Positions 10,270 to 19,282 of a DNA stretch of 64,000 nt are shown piece after piece. Source of the stretch: an uncultured Ruminococcus sp. (GTDB taxonomy: Bacteria; Bacillota; Clostridia; Oscillospirales; Ruminococcaceae); the NCBI GenBank assembly GCA_934474025.1, contig CAKSMF010000003.1, forward strand, positions 110,254-174,253, given 5' to 3'. The notes beneath the pieces were generated by a model. That model was not told where the DNA came from, searched no databases, and was given only the letters and a program-made list of their open reading frames with translations. Position 1 is the stretch's first letter, and each line of letters starts with the position of its first letter. The position numbers and the translations under genes were made by a program.

Positions 10270-11430
10270 ATGCTTAAAAAAATCAGAAGAAAGGTATGTG
10301 TAATATTGATTTATCTTGATAATGCTGCAACTACCAAACCATGTGAAGAGTCAGTACGGGCAGTTATGGAAACTATAACCGAAAACTTTGGTAATCCGTC
10401 ATCGCTTCATAGAGTTGGCTTGAATGCACAGTTGATAGTTGATAAGGCAAGGAAAATAATAGCATCTTCAATAGGTGCAGACAGTGGGGAAATATATTTC
10501 ACTTCGGGAGCAACGGAAAGTAATAATCTTGCTTTGCGTGGAACTATCGGGGCATACGGAAAAAGAAGAAATAAAATAGTTGTTTCAGCAGTCGAACACG
10601 CTTCAATTGATACAACTGTTTCAGAACTCGAAAAACAGGGATTTGAAGTTGTTAAAGTAAGTCCACGTGAAGACGGACAGTTTTATGCAGAGGATTTTAT
10701 AAATTCATGTGATGAAAAAACCTGCATTATAAGCATGATGCTTGTAAACAATGAAACAGGTCATATACTTCCGGTAGGACAAACTTTCAAGGCTGTAAAA
10801 AAACGTTTTCCAGAAACAATAACTCATTGTGACTGCGTACAAGGTTATATGAAACTTCCCGTACGTGTCAATGCCTTAAATGCGGATATTATTTCCCTTA
10901 GCGGACACAAGATTCATGCTGTAAAGGGAATAGGTGCTATATATATTAAAAAAGGTATACGTGTTGTACCGCAAATGACAGGTGGTCATCAGGAAAAAGG
11001 AATACGTTCGGGGACTGAAAGTGTTCCGTTGATTGCGTCATTCGGAACAGCTGTTGAAAAATATGCTCTTACTATTTCAGAACGCTATGAAAAAGTTTCT
11101 GTATTGAAAAAGTATTTACTTGAAAAGCTTTCTGAAATTGACGGAATAACAGTTAATTCACCTGAAAATGCGTCTCCATACATTGTGAATATATCTGCCG
11201 GAAGACGTTCAGAAATAATGTTGCATTTTATGGAACAAAATGAAATATACATATCAAGCGGTTCAGCTTGTTCAAAAGGACAGCAGAGCGGTGTATTAGA
11301 ACAATTCGGAGTAAACAGAAAAAATGCTGACAGTGCATTGAGAATAAGTATGACTTCCGAAACAACAACGGAAGAACTTGATACATTTGTTAATGCTCTT
11401 TGTGAAGGTATTCAAAAAATAAGAAACTGA
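10270..11430 (+). CDS. cysteine desulfurase (NifS/IscS family, class V aminotransferase)
   Basis: IYLDNAATT N-terminus, SGHK PLP-lysine motif and SSGSAC active-site Cys; start chosen at the internal ATG 10270 rather than track start 10231. Confidence 0.85.
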   Translation: MLKKIRRKVCVILIYLDNAATTKPCEESVRAVMETITENFGNPSSLHRVGLNAQLIVDKARKIIASSIGADSGEIYFTSGATESNNLALRGTIGAYGKRRNKIVVSAVEHASIDTTVSELEKQGFEVVKVSPREDGQFYAEDFINSCDEKTCIISMMLVNNETGHILPVGQTFKAVKKRFPETITHCDCVQGYMKLPVRVNALNADIISLSGHKIHAVKGIGAIYIKKGIRVVPQMTGGHQEKGIRSGTESVPLIASFGTAVEKYALTISERYEKVSVLKKYLLEKLSEIDGITVNSPENASPYIVNISAGRRSEIMLHFMEQNEIYISSGSACSKGQQSGVLEQFGVNRKNADSALRISMTSETTTEELDTFVNALCEGIQKIRN

Positions 11431-11443
11431 AAGGATTTTTATT

Positions 11444-12625
11444 ATGAAAGAAATTATACTTGTAAAATATGGTGAAATGGTTCTTAAAGGTCTTAACAAG
11501 AAATCTTTTGAAGATATGCTCACTAAAAATATTAAACGTCGTCTTAAAAATTTAGGACAATTCAAAATAACTTCTGCTCAATCAACTACATATATAACTC
11601 CTGTTGATGAAGACATAGATTTAGATGAAGTTGTTGACCGTGTAAGAAAAATTTTCGGAATAGCATCACTTTGCCGTGCGTGCGTATGTGAAAAGGATTT
11701 CAGTGATATAACAGAAAAAAGTCTTGAATATCTTAATGAAGTTTTAAGCAATGCAAAGACTTTCAAAGTGAATGCAAAGCGTTCTGATAAGGCATTCCCT
11801 ATGAAATCGCCTGAAATTTGTACCGAACTTGGCGGAATACTTCTTGAAAAGTTTCCTAATCTTACGGTTGATGTAAAAAATCCGGAAGTAACTGTTACTG
11901 TTGAAATACGTGATACAAATGCTTATGTTCATGCAGAAAACCTCAAGGGAGCAGGCGGTTTGCCAGTAGGAAGCAGTGGAAAAGCTATGTTATTGCTGTC
12001 CGGAGGAATTGACAGTCCGGTTGCTGGTTATATGATGGCAAAAAGAGGCGTTCATATCGCAGCTATACATTATATAAGTCCTCCGTATACTTCTGAAAGA
12101 GCAAGAATGAAAGTTGAACAGTTATGCGATAAAATGACTGCATACTGCGGAGGAATTGCATTTTATTGTGTACCGTTTACAGAATTGCAGGAGGCTATAA
12201 AAGATAACTGTCCTGAAGAATATTTCACAGTTATAATGCGTCGTCTTATGATGGAAATTGCCCAGAGAATTGCCGTCAACGATAATTGTCTTGCACTTAT
12301 TACCGGTGAAAGTGTAGGACAGGTTGCGAGTCAGACAATGTCTGCTATTGCTTGTACTGATGCTGTTTGCAGAATGCCTGTATTCCGTCCGCTCGTTGGA
12401 ATGGATAAAACTGAAATTATAGATATTGCCCGTAAGATAGATACTTTTGAAACTTCTATACTTCCGTATGAGGATTGTTGCACAGTATTTACACCACGTC
12501 ACCCTAAAGTGCGTCCAAATCTTGCAGATATTGAAAAGGCTCAGAGTGCTTTTGACTTTGAACCGCTTATTCAGAAGGCTATTAAAAATACTGAAATGAA
12601 AACATTTACTTATCCGACAAATTAA
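11444..12625 (+). CDS. thiI: tRNA 4-thiouridine synthase ThiI
   Basis: THUMP domain N-terminus plus PP-loop SGGIDSPVA; 393 aa; adjacent to a cysteine desulfurase, as in many Firmicutes. Confidence 0.9.
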   Translation: MKEIILVKYGEMVLKGLNKKSFEDMLTKNIKRRLKNLGQFKITSAQSTTYITPVDEDIDLDEVVDRVRKIFGIASLCRACVCEKDFSDITEKSLEYLNEVLSNAKTFKVNAKRSDKAFPMKSPEICTELGGILLEKFPNLTVDVKNPEVTVTVEIRDTNAYVHAENLKGAGGLPVGSSGKAMLLLSGGIDSPVAGYMMAKRGVHIAAIHYISPPYTSERARMKVEQLCDKMTAYCGGIAFYCVPFTELQEAIKDNCPEEYFTVIMRRLMMEIAQRIAVNDNCLALITGESVGQVASQTMSAIACTDAVCRMPVFRPLVGMDKTEIIDIARKIDTFETSILPYEDCCTVFTPRHPKVRPNLADIEKAQSAFDFEPLIQKAIKNTEMKTFTYPTN

Positions 12626-12887
12626 AAAAGTCAATAAGTGCAGAATATAAGTAATTTGAGAAAATCATTTATATTTCATATTAGTAATATTGTATGGATT
12701 TGAATAAGCAATTACCAGCCATGCATTAGAAAAACAAAGTGTTAAATACGTGAATATATTTTGTTGTAATGTGTGAAAAATGTGATAATAAACAACTTTA
12801 TTTATTGATGTTTTGTTTGAAATGCACAAAAAATCGAAGCTTAATTATTGCTGAATGGTTATTGTAATGAATGTTTTACTTTTAATC

Positions 12888-12917
12888 TTGACAAAATAAC
12901 CTTATTTGCAGTAAAAT
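12888..12917 (+). promoter_or_regulatory. sigma-A-like promoter upstream of the sortase gene pair (TTGACA-17-TAAAAT)
   Basis: -35 TTGACA at 12888-12893, 17-nt spacer, -10 TAAAAT at 12912-12917. Confidence 0.4.
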
Positions 12918-12936
12918 ATATATAACAAAGAATAAA

Positions 12937-14748
12937 ATGTCTTACCCGTGGAGGAGATTCGGTCTGATGAAAGATAATTTGAATGATGTTATTCCTGACG
13001 GCATTCAGGATAAAAATAATACACTTAATGAAATTCTTAATTCGGTAGACAGCAGGCTGAAACCGAATAACAATATTTCTGATTGGGAAGACGAAATTAA
13101 TTCCGTTCTTGAAAAGCATTCCCACCAGTCAGAAATTGATGAGATTCTCAATGAGTTTTCGCCGAAAAAGGAAGAAACAATTATTCCGGAACTTACTGAA
13201 CCTGATTCAACAGAAAACGATGTTCAGGAACTTGTTGAACAGATTACAGTAGGAAAAAAAGTCAGCGAACTCAGTTCACAGAAGAAATTGCTTGCAGAAG
13301 AACCAAAGGAAATTCCAGAACAAGCCAAAACAGTTGCCGATATTATAAAAGAAGATATTCCGCAAAAATCACTGGTTAAAAATAATATTCCGGAAGAGCC
13401 GGTCAAAACGGATAACAGTGAATTGCCAACTGCTAAAATTGCACTTGATGAAATAAAATCAAAAACAATTGTATATAATTTACCATCTAAAAAAACTCCG
13501 GCAAGTGTGACTAAAATGGCAGTAAGAAACGCTCCTGTAGCAGAAGTCAGAAAGCCTGTCAAAAAAATAGTCAGGGTTGACCACAATAAACCTGCAACGC
13601 ATTCCGGAAATTCTGTAAATCGTGCAAATAATGCATATTCTGGAAATAATACACGTTCAGCATATTCTGCACCAAACGAAAATGTCAGAAAACCTGTACC
13701 ACAAAAAAAATCTGCCAATGTAAATGCTGAAAAGAAACCTGTAAAAAAGAAAAAGTCCTTTAAACAGAAATTTATTGACTTTTTCCCACAAAAACAAGAC
13801 CCACCGCTTGAAAAAGTTCGTAAAGTAGTGTTTATGTGTTCGATATGTGCAATCGTAGTATGCGGTTATATGGTAGGAGATTATTACATAGACTTAGGAA
13901 AAAGTAAAAATCTTCATGAAGAAATAGCTGAAATATATGAGCCATATCTTCCGGAAACTGTTACTAATGTTGCAACAATTTATGAACCGGATTACGAACG
14001 CACTTACACATTGCTTGACGGTGCTAAAAAGCTTCTTGATATGAACCCTGATGTAGTTGGTTATATAACTATTCCAGGAACTCCGGTAGCCAATCCCGTT
14101 ATGCAGGCTAAAGACAACAGCAAATATCTTGACCAGAACATTAATGGAGACAGTTCACGTGCAGGTGAATTGTTTCTTGATTATAGAAATAACTTCGATA
14201 GGGTAGTTGACAATAAATTAAGTGTGCCTAATTCCGATAACCTTGTTATTTACGGTCATAATATGGCTAATGATACAATGTTCGGCAGTCTTAAATATTA
14301 TCAGCGAAACTATAATTATTACAATGAAAATCCTGTTATATACCTCAATTCTAATTATGAGTGCTACACTTATAAGATTTTTTCATATTTTATTCTTGAT
14401 GCTCTCGATGAATCAGAAACTGCTTATGATTGCTGGAATAAGTTTGATTTTGATAGTGAAGAGGATTTTTACAATTTTGTCAATGAAGCAAAGAAAAGAA
14501 GTTTGGGACTTAATGATGTTGATGTCAAGTATGGTGACAAGCTGGTGACTCTTTCCACTTGTAACACTATTCTTGGCGACAGGGGCAGGCTGATTGTTAT
14601 GGGCAGGCTTTTAAGAGATGGTGAAGACGTTAAACAGGGTACTGAAAGCAATGTCCAAAATGCTAATGTAAAGTGGCCGTCAATATATTATCAGCAGAAA
14701 CCTAATGAAAAATATAATCCCGATGCTGAATTTGTTCCGTATGGCTGA
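12937..14748 (+). CDS. class B sortase with an unusually long disordered cytoplasmic N-terminal region
   Basis: catalytic motifs YGHNM (His), TLSTC (Cys) and RLIVMGR (Arg); one TM helix around residue 300, preceded by about 290 aa of K/P/E/N-rich low-complexity sequence; alternative start at ATG 12967, which has a GGAGGAG RBS. Confidence 0.7.
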   Translation: MSYPWRRFGLMKDNLNDVIPDGIQDKNNTLNEILNSVDSRLKPNNNISDWEDEINSVLEKHSHQSEIDEILNEFSPKKEETIIPELTEPDSTENDVQELVEQITVGKKVSELSSQKKLLAEEPKEIPEQAKTVADIIKEDIPQKSLVKNNIPEEPVKTDNSELPTAKIALDEIKSKTIVYNLPSKKTPASVTKMAVRNAPVAEVRKPVKKIVRVDHNKPATHSGNSVNRANNAYSGNNTRSAYSAPNENVRKPVPQKKSANVNAEKKPVKKKKSFKQKFIDFFPQKQDPPLEKVRKVVFMCSICAIVVCGYMVGDYYIDLGKSKNLHEEIAEIYEPYLPETVTNVATIYEPDYERTYTLLDGAKKLLDMNPDVVGYITIPGTPVANPVMQAKDNSKYLDQNINGDSSRAGELFLDYRNNFDRVVDNKLSVPNSDNLVIYGHNMANDTMFGSLKYYQRNYNYYNENPVIYLNSNYECYTYKIFSYFILDALDESETAYDCWNKFDFDSEEDFYNFVNEAKKRSLGLNDVDVKYGDKLVTLSTCNTILGDRGRLIVMGRLLRDGEDVKQGTESNVQNANVKWPSIYYQQKPNEKYNPDAEFVPYG

Positions 14749-14763
14749 TAGGAGGAATAGCCT

Positions 14764-15762
14764 ATGAATTCAACTAAGATTATTTCGATATTTTCAGCGT
14801 GTGTTGCTGTAGTTTCGATATCTGCTTCTGTTCTCATGATGAGACAGAAAGATGATGATATACATATACCAACTCATGCCATTAATCAGGAAAATTCACA
14901 AGCTGAACAGGAAAAAGAAAAAAATCCTGAAATTGTCGCTTATGCTTATGATGAACCGGAAACTGATGAAGAATCTGAAATTGAAGAAGAATCACAATCC
15001 GAACCAGTAACAATGGATTTGCCGGTATATGACTATGTGCCTTCAAATTCCGGAATGACTGATTATGCAAAAATGCTTATGAGTCAGAATAATGATTCTG
15101 TAGGTTGGCTGAAAATAAATAATACTCAGATTGACTATCCTGTTCTTATTGACCCCGGCAATATTACTCCTAATACAGGATATGGCGATGCATATGTTGA
15201 ATACAATGAATATTATCTGAAACATAATTTCAATAGACAGTGGACTTTTGACGGTAATATATTTATGGATTGCCGTGATAATTTCGGTAGTGACGAGGAT
15301 AAACAGTCAGAAAACATAGTTATTTATGGTCATAATATGCTTAATGGTTCGCAGTTCGGTAATCTGGGACTTTACAGGCAGGACGGTTATTATTGGACAA
15401 ATCCGTTTGTATATTTAAGTTCAAACTACAAAGACTATGAATATGTTATTGTTTCATATTGCATAACAAGCGGTAATGCTGATACGGATTTTCGCTATTG
15501 GGATATGGAAGAACTTGATACAAAAGAAGATTTTGATTATTATGTTAACAGAATAAAACGTGACCAGTTCCATGAAACCGGAATAGATATTAAATATGGT
15601 GACAAACTGCTTACATTGTCCACCTGTTATTCAGATGAGGATAATTCAAGATTTATTGTGCTTGCAAGAAGACTCAGAGATGGTGAGGTTGCGGGGGATA
15701 TGTCCACTATTCAGAAAACTACTCCGCTTATACAGAGCAATCGCAAACCTACCAAAAAATAA
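14764..15762 (+). CDS. class B sortase (paralog)
   Basis: N-terminal TM anchor, acidic linker, then YGHNM, TLSTC and an Arg motif; AGGAGG RBS. Confidence 0.75.
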   Translation: MNSTKIISIFSACVAVVSISASVLMMRQKDDDIHIPTHAINQENSQAEQEKEKNPEIVAYAYDEPETDEESEIEEESQSEPVTMDLPVYDYVPSNSGMTDYAKMLMSQNNDSVGWLKINNTQIDYPVLIDPGNITPNTGYGDAYVEYNEYYLKHNFNRQWTFDGNIFMDCRDNFGSDEDKQSENIVIYGHNMLNGSQFGNLGLYRQDGYYWTNPFVYLSSNYKDYEYVIVSYCITSGNADTDFRYWDMEELDTKEDFDYYVNRIKRDQFHETGIDIKYGDKLLTLSTCYSDEDNSRFIVLARRLRDGEVAGDMSTIQKTTPLIQSNRKPTKK

Positions 15763-15771
15763 GGAGATATT

Positions 15772-17034
15772 ATGAAAATTAAGAGTTTAAAAAATATTTC
15801 AGCTTTTTTATCAGCAGTTGCAATGTGTACAACTATGTGCGGACAGATTGTCAATGCTGTTGATGATATACCAGAAGTTAATTATTATGATACTCAGATA
15901 AATAATGATTTACAGGAAAATACTACAGAAAATGTTTTATTAGATGAAACTTCATTGACATCAGATACAACACAAAATATTACTTCGGTACAGTCTTCCT
16001 CAAGAAAAAAAGCTGTTATTAATGATTATGATTCCAGCCTTTCTGCTGTAAGCTATGATTTTTCGTATCCTGAATACACTTATGAAGAAGATTTTTCAAA
16101 CTATACTTCCAATGAACAATATGAACAGGCTAAAAAGGATATTATAGTTTCTTTCCGTACAGCAAATCCGGTAAGTTCCGTCAAGAGAGAAGAGGGAGCA
16201 GACGTTTCACAAGTCGGACACGTCGGTGAAATTCCTGTATCACATAATCAGGACGTTTCTTCCGATATATCAGGAGAGTTTACCTTTGTAACTTACGGTT
16301 GGGGACACGGTGTCGGAATGAGTCAGAATGGTGCTAATTTCTATGCAACTTATGCCGGTTGGTCATATCAGGACATTTTAGCACACTACTATCCGAATAC
16401 CTATTTAATGAATACCGGTCTTACTGATTATGAAGAACTCACTATTAATGGCGAACCTGCCGGCGATACTGTTTCAGTAGTTGCACAGATTGTAAACAAT
16501 GAAATTGGCGGTTCAATGAATTATGAGGCTATAAAGGCTCAGGCTGTTGCAGTTTATACCTATCTTAAATATCATAATGATGATTCTGCTGACCTTGAGG
16601 GAAAAGCTGACCCACCACAAATTGTAATTGATGCCTGCACAGATGTTTTAGGTGAAGCCCTCTATTATAACGGCAGTTACGCTTTAACAATGTTTTCTGC
16701 ATCAACAGGCGGTTGTACTGCAAACTGTGGTGAAGTATTCTATACTGATATTCCTTACCTTATAAGCGTTCCGAGTGACTATGATGAACAGTATGACCCA
16801 CACTACGGAACAGTTACATATTATCCTGCTTCTGAAGTAAAAAGACTCATTGAAGCTGAATACAATATAACTCTTTCTGATGACCCTGGAAAGTGGATTC
16901 AGCCAGTTTATTCAAAACAAACGGGTTATGTTACCGATGTCAATATAGATGACCAGATATCAGTAAGAGGATATGAACTCAAGCTTGTTCTTGACCTTAA
17001 ATCATCAAAATTCAATCTTACATATACTTATTAA
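15772..17034 (+). CDS. secreted SpoIID/LytB-domain protein
   Basis: signal peptide; GWGHGVGMSQNGANFYA matches the SpoIID/LytB signature GHGVGMSQxGA. Confidence 0.7.
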   Translation: MKIKSLKNISAFLSAVAMCTTMCGQIVNAVDDIPEVNYYDTQINNDLQENTTENVLLDETSLTSDTTQNITSVQSSSRKKAVINDYDSSLSAVSYDFSYPEYTYEEDFSNYTSNEQYEQAKKDIIVSFRTANPVSSVKREEGADVSQVGHVGEIPVSHNQDVSSDISGEFTFVTYGWGHGVGMSQNGANFYATYAGWSYQDILAHYYPNTYLMNTGLTDYEELTINGEPAGDTVSVVAQIVNNEIGGSMNYEAIKAQAVAVYTYLKYHNDDSADLEGKADPPQIVIDACTDVLGEALYYNGSYALTMFSASTGGCTANCGEVFYTDIPYLISVPSDYDEQYDPHYGTVTYYPASEVKRLIEAEYNITLSDDPGKWIQPVYSKQTGYVTDVNIDDQISVRGYELKLVLDLKSSKFNLTYTY

Positions 17035-17498
17035 TGTTTATATAAGTCTTGAGGCATATCGGAAAATTTTCATATGCTTTAAGACTTATTGTTTTTTATT
17101 AATTGAAATATTTTTTTATTGAAGAACATGGTAAATCAATTAATAAAATTATCAAACATATATTCTATACGTACATTCCCTGAAACGTTTTTTTGTTATT
17201 AACGCTGAAAAATATATGTATTTTCGGGTTGACAATTGTTTATTATTACATCTTGATAATTTATTATTTAAGATGTATAATTAATATAGGCAGAAAATTC
17301 TTTTTTGCCACATGAGAGCGTACAGGAACAGGATTTTTTCATGGTCAATATTCGGCTCTATTATTCAACAAGAATAGGCAAAATTATCACCACTTCCATT
17401 AAGTAGTGTGTTGGATTGCCAAAAAAAGAAACTAAACGGCAATATGAAAAAAGTTGAATCTATATTTTCCTATGCCATTAAGTCAGGAGATGTTTTTT

Positions 17499-18431
17499 AT
17501 GAAATTTAGCCACGTTCCAGTTATGCTCAAAAAATGTATTGACGGTCTTGCCATACGTCCGGACGGCATTTATGTTGACGGTACAGCCGGAGGTGCTGGG
17601 CATTCATCTGCTATTGCTTCACATCTCGGAAAAAATGGCAAGCTTATTGCTATTGACCGTGACCCTGATGCTATAGCCGTTGCAACAGAAAGACTTTCGG
17701 TTTATAGCATGGCACAAGTGGTAAAGAATAATTACTCCAATATCAGAGAAGTTCTTGACAGTCTCGGCATTGATAAAGTAGATGGTGTTCTTCTTGATTT
17801 AGGAGTATCCTCTTATCAGCTTGACGAAGGTAGCAGAGGATTTTCTTATCATATTGATGCTCCCCTTGATATGCGAATGGAAAAACAGGGAATCAGTGCT
17901 TTTGATATTGTCAATACATATTCACAGCAGGAGCTTGCTAAAATTATTTTTGAATACGGTGAGGAAAAATTTTCACGCCGAATTGCTGATAATATCGTGA
18001 AATCAAGGGAAATCGCTCCTATCGAAACTACTCTACAGCTTGCCGATATAATAAGGCAGAGCGTTCCGCAAAAAGCAAGGCGTGATAAAAATCCATGTAA
18101 AAAGACCTTTCAGGCTATCAGAATCGCTGTAAACGGAGAGTTTGAACATCTCTCCAAAGGTCTTGATGAGGCTTTCTATAGCCTTAAACCCGGTGGCAGA
18201 CTTGCTGTTATAACTTTTCATTCATTGGAGGACAGAATCGTGAAACAACGCTTTGCAGGTTGGTGCAGAGGTTGTATATGTCCGCCGGATTTCCCTCAGT
18301 GTATTTGCGGTCATAAACCCGAAGGTATACTTGTTAATAGAAAACCTCTTGAAGCTGACCAGCAGGAACTTGAGGAAAACAACAGAAGCAGAAGTGCAAG
18401 ATTAAGGATTATTGAAAGGAGTGCAGAATAA
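17499..18431 (+). CDS. rsmH: 16S rRNA (cytosine1402-N4)-methyltransferase RsmH (MraW)
   Basis: HVPVML...YVDGTAGGAGHS SAM-binding N-terminus; start set at ATG 17499, which has an AGGAG RBS 10 nt upstream (track start 17454 is a TTG). Confidence 0.9.
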   Translation: MKFSHVPVMLKKCIDGLAIRPDGIYVDGTAGGAGHSSAIASHLGKNGKLIAIDRDPDAIAVATERLSVYSMAQVVKNNYSNIREVLDSLGIDKVDGVLLDLGVSSYQLDEGSRGFSYHIDAPLDMRMEKQGISAFDIVNTYSQQELAKIIFEYGEEKFSRRIADNIVKSREIAPIETTLQLADIIRQSVPQKARRDKNPCKKTFQAIRIAVNGEFEHLSKGLDEAFYSLKPGGRLAVITFHSLEDRIVKQRFAGWCRGCICPPDFPQCICGHKPEGILVNRKPLEADQQELEENNRSRSARLRIIERSAE

Positions 18432-18970
18432 TGGCTGGAAGTAATGTAGCTTACAAATACAATGACCCCGAAAATTATGACTATCATGAAGATGACCCAC
18501 CCGAATCCCATGAGGAAAAATCAAATGCTGAAAATGCAAGAAAAAAAATAGAACTTAAAAAAAGTACATCTGTTCATGAAAATAAAGAACAGGTCGTTGA
18601 ATCCAAAAACGGTTCTGTACTTACTATAATTTTTGTTTCACTAATGGCTGCTGTTTTGTTTGGTTCGGTAATCTATACTTTGGATAGTCGTAATACTGTT
18701 TACAATAAGGTTACTTCACTTAACAAACAATTGAGCCTTGCAGAAGCAGAAAACGTCCGTCTGCAATCCGAGCTTGAAAGTAAAATGTCTGCAAAAAATG
18801 TTGAAGATTATGCAGAAAATGTACTCGGTATGAAAAAAATGGATTCCTCTCAAATCAAGTACATAAAAACTCAGACAGATGATGTGGTAAATATTCCTGA
18901 ACAGAAAAAAGGCTTTTTTGCTAAAGTAAAGGGCTTTTTTGAAAGCTGTGTGGAATATTTCAGAGGGTAA
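18431..18970 (+). CDS. ftsL: cell division protein FtsL-like (septum formation initiator family)
   Basis: single TM followed by a coiled coil (LSLAEAENVRLQSELE); positioned between rsmH and the PBP gene as in canonical dcw clusters. Confidence 0.6.
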   Translation: MAGSNVAYKYNDPENYDYHEDDPPESHEEKSNAENARKKIELKKSTSVHENKEQVVESKNGSVLTIIFVSLMAAVLFGSVIYTLDSRNTVYNKVTSLNKQLSLAEAENVRLQSELESKMSAKNVEDYAENVLGMKKMDSSQIKYIKTQTDDVVNIPEQKKGFFAKVKGFFESCVEYFRG

Positions 18971-19282
18971 CTCCAATATAAATATATTATGGACTGCCTG
19001 TTATTATTTTTCCGGCGACAAATATATATGCCGGATACTTATTATGTAGAACAACGGAGATACAGCGAGTGGTCGGAATATCAGGAAAAAACTTCTTTTC
19101 CGGTACTGTTGCTATAAAACTCCGGAACGGCGTTTTTTCCACGCTGAAACAGCGAAATCCTTCGTCGTATCGAAAGAAACGGACATCACTATAAAAATAT
19201 AAACGATGTTCATAAGGCGGGGCTTATTTCACCCTGCCTTATTCTGTTTTATGCTAAATTACAACAGAAAGGAAGGACATTT

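Noticed and set aside
13224-13718. 164-aa minus-strand ORF inside the first sortase gene
   Set aside because: It is antisense to a clearly coding region with sortase motifs. Its product is a low-complexity hydrophobic artefact of the repetitive K/P/E-coding sequence, and it has no RBS.
17035-17453. Possible degraded mraZ upstream of rsmH
   Set aside because: No ORF of significant length and no MraZ-like duplicated DxxxR motif frame was discernible. The region is AT-rich and promoter-like (TTGACA...TATAAT elements). Absence of mraZ is reported as a finding instead.
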